DNA of 64,000 nt. Origin: Schizochytrium sp. TIO01 (Eukaryota; Protista; Bigyra: Labyrinthulomycetes). The notes under the pieces are model-generated. The model had not been told where the DNA came from. It worked only from the letters and a program-made list of their open reading frames with translations, and searched no databases. Below, piece by piece: positions 23,589 to 34,455 of the stretch. Numbering within the stretch: the first letter of the stretch is position 1; every line of letters starts with the position of its first letter. Made by a program: the position numbers and the translations under genes. Location: the NCBI GenBank assembly GCA_004764695.1, contig SMSO01000036.1, positions 434,001 to 498,000 on the forward strand, written 5' to 3'.

Positions 23589-26500
23589 TCATACCGCACT
23601 CCCTGTTGAAACATGGCTTGCCTGCGAAGCAGGCATTTCCTCAAGATCCATCTGATTTGCAGTAGCACCACTCAAAACCTCAGAAGGTACCGATGCGAAA
23701 AATTTGCGAACATCCGCGATAACATTAGGAAACGCAGTCGCTTTGATCGCTTTTCGGCACCAACGAGCCAAGAAGCGTTGCAAGAATCCATCCTCCAATC
23801 GAGAATCAATCATAAAAACTGCACCATAGTCATTCTTGTGACGAATGACGCGTCCAAGAGCCTGGTTTAATGCTCGGAAAGCCTGTTGCGTATACCATTC
23901 TTGACCAGTCAAATAAGAACTACTCTCGGCATGTTTGCTGTCATTCCAGGCTCGCTTGTACTTGATTCCACTGTCAAAGAGAGCTGGAAAAGGGATACCT
24001 ACCAAAAAGACTGCTCGGCAGTAATTGTCCTTAAAATCGATACCTTCTGACATTTTACCTCGAAAAACAGCAAATAAAATCGGACTTTGGCCGTTGTCCA
24101 CAGCGGTACGGAACTGAGACTTTGCCAACTCAAATGGAGACATCTTCTTAGCAGCGGGCAAGCCCCATTCGTCAAGACTTCCATTATCTTCTTCATCATC
24201 ATCCTCATCGTCAAAAAAGTGGTCACTGTCGTTCTTGGCGTTTCCGTTTTCGAAAATAAGAGGTCCCCGCTCCTGAGTCAGAACACCGTTAAGACGGTTC
24301 TTTTTAATATATTTCTGGACCTCAATCAACTGCTTGAAGCTAGACAAAAACACAATGCTGCCTCCCTGCACAGATACAGCGTCGCGAACCAAGACGCGAA
24401 TTGTCTCAACGAGGGCCGCTTCATATCGGAAGGGCCCAAGTTTCTGGCGATTCTTGTATGACCCATCTAAAACTTCATTTTTTGGCGAGCGAGATACAAC
24501 TCCTAGAAATAACTGTTTCTCGAGGTCAATCACATGATCAAGAGCGATTTGACGATCTTTCGTACGCATGCGGCTTACAAAACTCTCGCCAAGCTCTGAG
24601 GGATTCATTGGGTACAGTGTTCCAGATGCCACAAGCACAGAATGAGAAATCTCTGAGATGTCATTAAAAACCACACCTGGATTCATGAGAAGAAGTGAGA
24701 GCTCAACTTTCCACTCCGAGAAGGTATCTTGCTGCTTGCGATTCAAGTATGTGCCATGCCTTTGTGCACACATACGAGCCGGCCGGTGCATCGGCTCATT
24801 GAAGTCACGGTGAAAGTTGTGTACTAGGTCTGTATTGGGTTCGCAGCGCTCAGCATTGATAACAGCATAGAAATCCTGTGGTACTTTCTGCATGAGCTTC
24901 ATCACACGGAGGACTTTCTTTGCAGTTACGGACAAAGACCGTAGGAAACGCGGACGAGAGTCGTGGGTACTGGGGTCATTCGGATCCACATGTTTCAGTT
25001 CAGAGAGAGCTTTGAGAATGAGTGTCAGAGAGTTGCTAGCTGTGTCAATCAGTTGCATCGAAATATCAGAGTCTTTGAATAACAATGTTGACAAAGGCGT
25101 CTTCGCCGTGGATGCAATACCACCTCTCCTATAAATTTCACGGCGCTGTTCAAAAGCTGGAACGCGGTCTACTATTGCCTGGTGTTCCCATGCCTCGCGC
25201 TGCCGGAGCAAGAACTCTGCAAGGCGGTCAAAGACAGCCATTACATCATATGCGATTTCGCGCACGTTAATCGTACCTTCAACAATCCAGTTGTGAAATG
25301 ACGCCACCACACAAAGATCCTTGACCACATCAAAGAGGTCTGCAAGCGTAAGCGTGCATGAACCTGTATCCAGACACGCACTCTCCAGGTTGTGGCCTTC
25401 GTCAAAGATAAAGACAGAATCACGAACGCCAGTTTCTGGAATGACAATCGCCCTAATTTCAGGATCAATTACGTAATTGTAAGGGCAAATCACAAACTGT
25501 GAGGATGGATGAAGAGCCTTCGTCGCATAAAAAGGGCATCCCAACGTTGTATTTGAGCTTCCAAATTTACGCATGTCCTCAATGTCGTACAGGCCACTTG
25601 ATTCATGGGATCCTTTGCTGCGAGTCAAACGATAAAGTCCATCGATAAAGTTTTGCGAGCTCATGTTCCTGTAATGCGTGCAAGACCCGCCCTTGATTGC
25701 TTGAACACACTGCGAAGAAAGACCTTCATTCCCAGCTTCAGCGTTATAGAGAACTTCTTTGTTTGCACAAAGGTTTGACCTACTGGCAAGTGTCACCAGC
25801 ATAGGACGATATGGCATGTCCCGCAATGCACTCACAATCTGTGCAGCTTGAGAGTGGGTTCTGGTCAGGTAGTAAATGGTGCGCGGGTATCCACCATAAT
25901 CTTTCCAGCATTGCATATCATTATGACGTTGCCACGCCAGCGCGGCACAGGCAGCTGCTGCAGTTTTACCTGTTCCAGTTGGGCTCTCAAGCAGCGCATG
26001 CTGCTGATTCTTGAGGCATTGAATCATCTCCACCATAAGGCGTGTTTGAGGCACAAGGGGCTTTCGATGCGGGAAATGTATTTCAATGCCGCCTATAAAC
26101 AATTTTTTTTTGCTCTTGGACATGACGATGCGACACGGGGCCCAGCTAATTTTGGGGTTTGGTTTTATGTTAAGCTCTTTGCAGCTATCGAAAGCATCTC
26201 GCTGAGAAAGTAAAGTTAAAGTCCTCGTGAGCTTCTCTACTAGACCAACATCGTCACCTCGCATACTATCCATAATGTCGATGGAAGACATGTTGTTAAT
26301 CTGTGCCATTATATTTGCCATCGCGTGGTCCATTGCTGCATCATTGTCTTCTTTTCTAGTTTCGTACTCCAGCTTGACAGCGCCACCTGCACCTGAATTG
26401 GATGGTTCGCGCTTGACTGCAGGTTGGGCGTTCTGCGCAGCGTGTGCAGCGTTCTGCGCAGCATGTGCAGCGTTCGCAGCTTGCGCAGCAGCAACTGCAG

Positions 26501-27899
26501 CGATGAGGTTCTCGTCATTTGTGCCTGCAAGAGAGGCTATGAAAGAGTTTACAACACTCGATCCACCTGCTGCGAGTGACGACGCACCCTTTGCGAGTGC
26601 GGCTGCTGCGCCTGCAAATATACTTGATGTTGTGGGAGCTTTATCTCCAACGTCAGGAGCCTTATCAGGTACACCATGGAGGATCGATTTTACCAAAGAG
26701 TCTTGCTTGGTGTTTTCATCCTTTTTCCGTTCCATGTTTTCATCGTCGTCATCGTCGTCTTCGATTTCATCATCTAAAAGTTGATGAACAGCTGTTGTGC
26801 GTTCCTTGTCTGCAGGTGAAAATGAAAACTTATTCCCATGTTGTGTCACCTTTAGCTTTTCACAAGAAGGTGGCGCGGCTAAGATAGCATTCATAAGCTC
26901 AACATCAATGTAGACACTGTTGACTTGTTTACTACATATAGGGCACTTCCCTCCAGGTTTGCAAAAGAGCAGCTCGACAGCCGTGGGATGTGTGCAATCT
27001 CTACCTCGGGCAGGGCGTTCCAGCTTTTTCAATGTCACGGGGCATGTCAGTGGTATGACATGCTCTCCAATGGACAGCCCATCTGGACCAAGGTCAAGAT
27101 CGTTTTCTTGCATTTGACGCTTATCACGGTGTTCTGCATCAACGTTGTTATTGCTGTTATTGCCATTGGCAGAATCTTGTGAGTTCTCGTCCACAGACAT
27201 GAGCGATGGGGTCCTGTCCAGTGTTGCGGTTCCTCGCTTTCGGCTGCTCGCTCGCGAGTCAACCGTTGACATTGAAGACGACGACATGGTCCTTGAAGGT
27301 GTTGCTGCTCCTGCTACATCAGTTGAAGAGTTTGCGCCGCTGGCACCTGGTGTTGGTGTAGACCTACAATGGATATGAATAATTGCCGTACCTCTGGAGG
27401 ATCGCACCATATTCTCCAGCGAGCCCCCAATCTGCATAAAGTCGGTTCCTACACGCATCCCATTCACCGCAACAACCTCATCGCCAAGGTGCAGTCCAAA
27501 CTTGCTTTGGATGGTTTCACGTCCAACGCATTCTGCGATTTGGTATGCATTTGCTGCTGCCTCAAGCTCTGGTAATGCATATCCTGGCATTCCCAGTGCA
27601 AACGTGTATTCACGCTTGAACCTGACCACATCTTTCCGTGCCGCTCCCGAAGTAACTTTCGTCGCATCTGTTTCGTCCAAATCGTCAGTCTTGGAGCATA
27701 AGATGTCGCCAGCTTTGACCTTTCCAAGGAGATCCCCAGAGACTTGATCTACACAGAATCTGTCGCTTGAACCCGACTTTGAGGAAGCCTGTTCCTCGGA
27801 TTCGCGTCCTGCGAGCCTCGAAAGTGTCACATTCAACTCTGATCCCACCCAGGTCTCCACGTCCCAGGTCACTCGAACCTCCACCATTGTAGCCGGCAT
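23589..27899 (-). CDS. FANCJ/RTEL1-like (XPD/DinG family) Fe-S helicase with N-terminal PDZ-like and SP-RING (zf-MIZ) domains
   Basis: Helicase motifs ALLESPTGTGKT, YLTRTHSQ, SRSNLC...C...C...CPFY (Fe-S), CPYNY, FDEGHN, ASGTL, RGKMSEGIDF.D, VGIPFP and RALNQALGRVIRHKNDYG. N-terminal LTCPVT...PARGRDCTH...KCPICSK (SP-RING) and GLHLGDEVVAVNG (PDZ-like). Confidence 0.92.
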   Translation of the reverse strand: MPATMVEVRVTWDVETWVGSELNVTLSRLAGRESEEQASSKSGSSDRFCVDQVSGDLLGKVKAGDILCSKTDDLDETDATKVTSGAARKDVVRFKREYTFALGMPGYALPELEAAANAYQIAECVGRETIQSKFGLHLGDEVVAVNGMRVGTDFMQIGGSLENMVRSSRGTAIIHIHCRSTPTPGASGANSSTDVAGAATPSRTMSSSSMSTVDSRASSRKRGTATLDRTPSLMSVDENSQDSANGNNSNNNVDAEHRDKRQMQENDLDLGPDGLSIGEHVIPLTCPVTLKKLERPARGRDCTHPTAVELLFCKPGGKCPICSKQVNSVYIDVELMNAILAAPPSCEKLKVTQHGNKFSFSPADKERTTAVHQLLDDEIEDDDDDDENMERKKDENTKQDSLVKSILHGVPDKAPDVGDKAPTTSSIFAGAAAALAKGASSLAAGGSSVVNSFIASLAGTNDENLIAAVAAAQAANAAHAAQNAAHAAQNAQPAVKREPSNSGAGGAVKLEYETRKEDNDAAMDHAMANIMAQINNMSSIDIMDSMRGDDVGLVEKLTRTLTLLSQRDAFDSCKELNIKPNPKISWAPCRIVMSKSKKKLFIGGIEIHFPHRKPLVPQTRLMVEMIQCLKNQQHALLESPTGTGKTAAAACAALAWQRHNDMQCWKDYGGYPRTIYYLTRTHSQAAQIVSALRDMPYRPMLVTLASRSNLCANKEVLYNAEAGNEGLSSQCVQAIKGGSCTHYRNMSSQNFIDGLYRLTRSKGSHESSGLYDIEDMRKFGSSNTTLGCPFYATKALHPSSQFVICPYNYVIDPEIRAIVIPETGVRDSVFIFDEGHNLESACLDTGSCTLTLADLFDVVKDLCVVASFHNWIVEGTINVREIAYDVMAVFDRLAEFLLRQREAWEHQAIVDRVPAFEQRREIYRRGGIASTAKTPLSTLLFKDSDISMQLIDTASNSLTLILKALSELKHVDPNDPSTHDSRPRFLRSLSVTAKKVLRVMKLMQKVPQDFYAVINAERCEPNTDLVHNFHRDFNEPMHRPARMCAQRHGTYLNRKQQDTFSEWKVELSLLLMNPGVVFNDISEISHSVLVASGTLYPMNPSELGESFVSRMRTKDRQIALDHVIDLEKQLFLGVVSRSPKNEVLDGSYKNRQKLGPFRYEAALVETIRVLVRDAVSVQGGSIVFLSSFKQLIEVQKYIKKNRLNGVLTQERGPLIFENGNAKNDSDHFFDDEDDDEEDNGSLDEWGLPAAKKMSPFELAKSQFRTAVDNGQSPILFAVFRGKMSEGIDFKDNYCRAVFLVGIPFPALFDSGIKYKRAWNDSKHAESSSYLTGQEWYTQQAFRALNQALGRVIRHKNDYGAVFMIDSRLEDGFLQRFLARWCRKAIKATAFPNVIADVRKFFASVPSEVLSGATANQMDLEEMPASQASHVSTGSAV

Positions 27900-30800
27900 T
27901 CTTGCACGGAAGCAGCGTCGCCGCTGTTTTCACGGTGCGTCGCAGCGGCTCCCAATTAGAGTTTGATTGCTCACGTTCAACAAACTTCATTTTTGATTAG
28001 AAAGCCATTGACCAAACCTAACCATCAATTGTTCCGAATGTTCCATACGTCTAGTCTTTAGAGGTCCAATACAGGCTTCATTGAGAGCGCTCTCGGAATC
28101 AAGCGTAGATTGGGGAACTGATAAATTTGGCATCGAGTGAAAGGTATGATGTGAGGCTTGAGTGCGCGACGGTAGTGAATTGTGAGACATCGATTTTGGG
28201 CTCGGGTAACTTGCTTGTAGAGCTTCAACCTCTATTCGGGTAGTATATAATCTGATCATGCGATATAACAAAATTAACACGGTATGGATTGCTGTGAGCA
28301 AACATGTATAGTTTGTTGGGGATTGAGTTTTTCCAAGCGCGTTGATCTAGACTACTCAGGAAATTTGGTTCTATCTACACCATGTGCCACCTTCAGTATG
28401 TTTTAGTTCCAGCATTCTAGATGATTCAAAAAATGGGGGTTCACGTTCCTGAGGATGGTCTTTTGCTAACGGCTGTACATAACATTAGCATCTATTGCAG
28501 AGTAGCTTGGGCTGTGAAGCGCGCAGCGGTATTCTGACAAGGATGGCGAACTCAGGAGAAAGGGAAAGAGGATGATATATGAGTTATTGGGGTTTAGAGT
28601 TTGGATACAGGCAGGATGGTCGGGCAGGAGAGCTAGGTTAGGTTAGTAGCTGTATATTACTTCATTAGCATTATAAAACTGCATTGGGCAATGCCGTTCA
28701 AGCACAACTCCGCTTTAAGGAGGAGAAAGATAATGCGATCTTTACTTTCCACTCCTGGTGAAGCGAATCCATTGGGGCAATTGAACAAGAGTTTGGTTTC
28801 AACTTATTCATTAGTCTCATGAGATGATTGGTCAATGCAAGCTAACCTGCCTACCCGTTGTGAGCATGGCTTGCTAAATAGAATGGAGGGGATATACCTC
28901 TCATAAAAGGTGAAAAAAGTTTGACTTTCGAGTCAGTAAACTACTACTGTGCGAATTTGACAAGTATTTTGAAGGTCACTAAAGGGCAATTGCATTTCTT
29001 GCACCTTGCGTTACTTATGAAGCCCTAGTAAAGCCATGATTACTCGCATATATGATATGTTCAAGATGTTTTGGATTGCAAATATGTTGTGAGGCTACGG
29101 CTCTCTGAACGGGCCTAGTTAGCAAAATTGTGCTCAAGTACCTATGCTCAGAGGTTGCTATGAGGAGAACCGTGCCCTCAACATAACAATATACTTCTTC
29201 TTGCCGTTCTTCTTCTTTTGGATTGCGTCTGGCGGGCCTTAGTCTCACCCCCTGTATATCAACACTCCTCGTGTTACTCACTTTAGAAGTTCTTTCAAAT
29301 CAGCGTCTGGACGTTCATGGGTATCATTAAAAAATCATGGATATGTTTGCGACATTCTGTAAGTCCATTTCCCTCTAGAGCAGTTTAACAAACGAATTGG
29401 AGCTGTGTATTCATATTTATATTCTTGAAGGTTTCTCTTGTTGCACACAAACAAAAAAAGTGTGCTCTATGGAAACGTAGTGGTGCGTTGTTCACCAAGT
29501 TGCTATACCCTTGAATACTCAAAGTTACTAGTCCAATTGTTTCTAGTGCTAATCTGCACTTGATGATTTATTCTTGTCAAATAGATTGTCGAGTCTACCA
29601 GCCCGTTCCTGTCATCTTTGGTAAACTTTCAGTCATCAATTGAAGCCAGAATCGTTCGAATGACCATACCTTTTTATTCCTGACGTAGATTGATCACAGT
29701 ATAGCTTAGCGGTATGTCTTGAGTGAACGAAATTGTCCAACGTGTCCAGCGCAGCGCCCCCAAGGCCGACCCAAATTCAATTAGACGATCATAACTCCTC
29801 ATCGAAAAGCAAATTGTCCAGCGTCAGATCACTCTTCGAGCTGCTTTCCTTGCTGACGCTCGTGCACATTGCCAGCCCATGCGAACCGTCCTTCTCCAGC
29901 GAAACATCAATGCATCAACGCACTACATCCATCACCAGCGTGAAATTGTTCATCGCGCTCCCAGCCAGCCGCCAAGCAAACCCACTACCTCAAAGTTTCT
30001 TATCCATTGCCCAGGTAGCGCTTTGCTACAGATTTGCTACAAAACTATAGCAGCATAAGAAACAGAACATCAAACCAAACAAAGTGCGACGATCTTACCG
30101 TGACGGTAGAACTTCTTGTGTACGGTTGCTCGCACATTTCGGTGCCAAAGGGAACCGCAGAGCGACGTGCAGGCGGTCGCAATGAAGCTCGCAATCCCTC
30201 CTTGAAAGGTTGTTGCGAAGATTGTAGGTACTACTAGCTTTTTAGTGGTTCTTACCTCGCGTTGATCCAGCTTTCCCTGCATAGCCTTTCCTCAGGAAGA
30301 GCATCTCGTCAACGAAAGGTTTGCGCAAAGAAAACATCACCTTCACAGAATGAAAGCAAAAGAATAAGGGCTCATTTCACAAATTAAACCAATTTCTTGG
30401 TTCTGTGAGTTCTACCAAGCGCGACTGTGCACTTGGTGTGTATTAAGCAGAGACAGCTCTTGAGGTTATGGATGAATGTGCTCTCTAGGGTTTTGAGTTT
30501 TCAATTTTACTCTGCTCCTTGGAAATGTACCTGTTCAACTTCTTGGATTGATCTCCACCACACCCACTTCTAAACAGTAAGAAGAGTGGAAAGCAAGCTT
30601 GTAGCACAGGGTCTAGGTTGCTTCCTCGGCGCTTTGCTTCTCTGCACCTGTCTCAAACTGCCATTCCGCTTCAACTCGAACTTGCCAATTTCAATGTTCG
30701 ATTTCTCCAACCTTTTTATTCATCTGCAACAACTGTTCAAAACATTCCACTTCTTCTTCTCTCCTTCTTTTTGCATTACAAAAACACGATCGACCTAAAA

Positions 30801-31671
30801 CTTTATTTTATTATGTTATTTTATTTCATTGTTAGTCTTATTTTTTAAAAAGTTAATTAAAAACAAATTATACATATTGAATTAAAAAAGTCAATTTTTC
30901 CGCAATCTTCTACTTTCATGCGTTGATTATCAGTTCCTGATAGGTCAACGCCACTTTTCGTCATGACGTCGCAGGGCGCTCTCTGCAGCACCCTTCTATC
31001 ATCCCACCCACCTCGCGTCTCTCTGCAGCCTGCGCTCTTGTTTCTGCGTCGGTCTCCGCGGTTTCTTCCTTTCTCCAAGAGCCACTCGGCTCCCGAACTC
31101 TTCGCACACTTCTGAATTGAATAGAACAGCTTTAAAATCGCCATCTATCTCACGAACGACAGGAAAACCAACAAAGACCACAACCGTCGCACTACGCGCC
31201 ATATTGGGCACTCCCTCGCACCCGTAGACCTCGCCACCGACATCCATGCCCTGGCCTCCTGGCTCCGCTCGAGTTCTGAGGCCTACTGCGCGCTTCAAGC
31301 CGCGCTCTCGGCTGAGACCTCTTCTCGGCGTTTTTGCCGGGATTCTGTGCGTTACGATCAAGAACTCGAACGGAATGCCGCGCACTATTCGCGTACCTCG
31401 CAGTCAATACGGCGAGTGCACCCGAAGAGCTTCGAAAGACTTCCTCAGAGAGTTTGCTCATTCTGTACGTGCCGCGCTCCCAACTTCAAGTGACCCGGGC
31501 GAGCTCCAGCAAGAGCAATTCATCTCCCTCGCGAGTCTCTCGGTCCGGATTCTGTGTACATTAAGTACCACGAAAGCTCTGGAAAATGGACAGTTTGGTT
31601 GACAGATTTCCAGTATAGTAAACTGCAAACTCACCCCATGCGAAGCGCAAGAATAAGTATCAAAGTATAGT

Positions 31672-33036
31672 TTATTTAGTTTCTAAAGTAAGAGAATCTT
31701 CCTCAGTCACTTTCAGTTGATCAAACTTTGAGATCATACTGTCTTCTTGTTCTGCACCATGCTCATCGACCCTCTCTATCTTGAACACTGGCTCCTTACC
31801 GCTTGAATCAAAGACCTTGTAAATATTCGTCACGTATTCGTCCAGCACAGAATCTTTCGCGGAAGCAAAGATGCCAGCATTCACTAACATCGAAGCGATG
31901 CCAGGAAATGGAGTCTTTGCAAATAAAATTGTGTGTAGCTGATGATGTTTCATGAGCTGGCAAAGCTTGTTGAAGTTATCCGTTTGGAAACGAGGAAAAA
32001 CATTATAAAAACGAATCTTTTTATACCATCCAGCTTCTACAGCATGAGAGATCTCAATGAAGTCAATCTCGGAAGAAACTTCCATGGCCATAATAGCAGG
32101 GACTAGATCTGCCATCCGCGGATCCAGTAGGATTACATAGTCATAATTATCCCAGTATGATTCATCTTGATCAGAATGATCATAAAATTTCAAAAGTCCT
32201 ATATGACCACCCTTGCAACGAAAAGATGATGATGATTCTTCATTCTCACGCTCACCTTGAACACGCAAGTCAAAAATGCCTTTTCTTGACGCACCTGCAA
32301 TGCACCTAACTGCTTTCTTTTTACAAATACTCAGAAGAAGCATCCCCTCTCGGAGCTTGGGTGATTTTGTTGTGTCACAAACCACCAAACAAATATAGGA
32401 AGCATAGGAACGTATAATTTGAGCAGCAGTTTTTTCAAATCCACTTTGAACGAGTAGAATCACAGTTTCAGTGTCTAGACACTTATTATCACGCATCTGA
32501 ACAAAAAACTCAGACTCATTTTTCGCAAGGAAAGTATCCGCTTGCCAACGCTTACCAACATCAAGCATTGATTCGCCAAGAATAATCACCGTATCTCCGA
32601 TGTTGATCAAATTAGCACTATCATGAGTGTACGGGTCTACAGAGAGCCTTGTATTATGAAAACCCAGATTTTTCTCAATGTGAGATGCATCGGTAGAAAT
32701 ATCTTCGTAAGATTTAGTGTCAGATTCAGATTCAGATTCAGCATAGGTCACCGTTCTTGTCTTCATATTATCATAAACAACTTGAACGATGGATTCGTCT
32801 GTTAAAAGAAGACGCAAACACCTCATCACAACATGAGAAAGTTTAACCCTTAGTGAGATATCCTTAACATCAAATAAAAGCGCTTGCCTAAACCAAACCG
32901 TTTGATGAAGTCTCTCTTCAAGATCACAATATTCAATCGTTAACGATGCAACTACATCTTCATCAGCGATGGGGTAAAATAAAATATTGATACCCGTTTC
33001 CTCAGTTTCCGTCACAGCAATTCTGCATTTTTCCAT
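31672..33036 (-). CDS. Hypothetical viral protein (possibly a degenerate MDR/Rossmann-like fold)
   Basis: Long ORF with first ATG at 33036 and a short SESES tract. The fold guess comes only from the IGDTVIILG...TETVILLVQSG pattern. Confidence 0.6.
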   Translation of the reverse strand: MEKCRIAVTETEETGINILFYPIADEDVVASLTIEYCDLEERLHQTVWFRQALLFDVKDISLRVKLSHVVMRCLRLLLTDESIVQVVYDNMKTRTVTYAESESESDTKSYEDISTDASHIEKNLGFHNTRLSVDPYTHDSANLINIGDTVIILGESMLDVGKRWQADTFLAKNESEFFVQMRDNKCLDTETVILLVQSGFEKTAAQIIRSYASYICLVVCDTTKSPKLREGMLLLSICKKKAVRCIAGASRKGIFDLRVQGERENEESSSSFRCKGGHIGLLKFYDHSDQDESYWDNYDYVILLDPRMADLVPAIMAMEVSSEIDFIEISHAVEAGWYKKIRFYNVFPRFQTDNFNKLCQLMKHHQLHTILFAKTPFPGIASMLVNAGIFASAKDSVLDEYVTNIYKVFDSSGKEPVFKIERVDEHGAEQEDSMISKFDQLKVTEEDSLTLETK

Positions 33037-33113
33037 CTTGGCAAGTGGACAAGTTAAGGATTTGCTTATCAAATGTAGACAGTGAAAAGTGGTTTTAATT
33101 GTATTAATTTGAT

Positions 33114-34409
33114 TTAGAGCTTTATAGCATTTTTGATCGCCTCTTGAATGGCTCTTTGAGAGACATCTCTATTGGATTGAACTCGACTTACGTCGAAAAG
33201 TACATAGCTTACAATTTCTGAACTTCCAGTATGCTTTCGAGGATCGTCTCTAGGTATGGCAATTAAGTTTTGTCTACTTACATCAGGACACCATCTGTTT
33301 ATTTCGTGCAAGTTGCGAAGTATATTGGTTGCTTTTTCGCGGGTCAATTCACCTTTATTCACCTTTCTACAAAACGGAGCCTTCTTCACAATCACAAGTC
33401 GCTTGTTGTTTAATTTGTGTACTTCTATAAATTGAGGTGCGCATGTACTGTTCACATTTATTAAAAAAAGTTTTTGAATCACAAGATTATGAAAGGTATC
33501 ATCGTCAGGTACGTTATAATAGAGAATCGCATCTGCATCCAAACGATTACCATATCTATCATAGAGGATATTGTAACTACAACTGATACTGCCATTAATT
33601 TGTATCATATCTTTGATGAGGTGAAGATATTTAAATGCACCGTCTCTTGTGTAGTCACCCTTCCACCCGTCTCCCACGGGACTAACTATTCGAATTAAAT
33701 CTCGAGTAAGTTTTCGCTCATTGTAGCACACCCTCCTGGAGTAATCATCATACAAGAAAGTTTCTTGCTGTTTCACTAGATCAAGGTTGTATTTTTGGTT
33801 TTTTTCATTAAGATAAGTCACGCGGAGCTTCGTTTTTCTAAAGTCGACACCCGAGTCCTGAGTAGTATCCATTACACATTCTGTAAAATTAATAAAATAA
33901 CAAGAGAAGTACCTATCACTTCGTTCATCGAGTAGAATGTCCTGAAGCTTGGGGAGTCTATGGTTTTTAAAATAAACCCCTACTTTATTCATTAGCCGGA
34001 GCTTATGAGCAACTTGGAAGCTGCAGTGCAGGGGAAGTTCTCGAGGCTTTCTTCCGAGGATAATTGTCTGCAGATCTCTACCATGTATTTTCCGAATCAA
34101 AAAACAATATTCGCTTCCTTTATTATACACTTGGTAGATCTTTGGCGCGATACCAAATGCTGCACAATAATTCTGAATTTCCACAGTTTTTTGAATCGCC
34201 GCGATAGCATCAGCTTCTGGAATATTTGACTTGATTGTTACAAATTTTGCCACAAAATTCAGATCCCTGCCGCCTCTATCAGAGCAAAAGGCAACCTTTT
34301 CTGATTGGAAATGAAGTTTGTAAATTTTTTCAACAAGACGATGAGAGCTTGCCTCCGCATCAAAGTGAACGTTTGTCCAAAATTTCGGCTCAAGTCTAAA
34401 TTCTGCCAT
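33114..34409 (-). CDS. Tandem two-domain pseudokinase-like protein
   Basis: Domain 1: FVAKFV...EIQNYCAAFGIAPKIY...GVYFKNH...QDILL...FINF. Domain 2: APQFIEV...LHEINRWCPDVSRQNLI...VLFDV. Canonical HxD and DFG are missing. Confidence 0.6.
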   Translation of the reverse strand: MAEFRLEPKFWTNVHFDAEASSHRLVEKIYKLHFQSEKVAFCSDRGGRDLNFVAKFVTIKSNIPEADAIAAIQKTVEIQNYCAAFGIAPKIYQVYNKGSEYCFLIRKIHGRDLQTIILGRKPRELPLHCSFQVAHKLRLMNKVGVYFKNHRLPKLQDILLDERSDRYFSCYFINFTECVMDTTQDSGVDFRKTKLRVTYLNEKNQKYNLDLVKQQETFLYDDYSRRVCYNERKLTRDLIRIVSPVGDGWKGDYTRDGAFKYLHLIKDMIQINGSISCSYNILYDRYGNRLDADAILYYNVPDDDTFHNLVIQKLFLINVNSTCAPQFIEVHKLNNKRLVIVKKAPFCRKVNKGELTREKATNILRNLHEINRWCPDVSRQNLIAIPRDDPRKHTGSSEIVSYVLFDVSRVQSNRDVSQRAIQEAIKNAIKL

Positions 34410-34455
34410 GGTTTTTATTTTTCCTTTTTTAATATTTGCTTACTTTATAATTATG

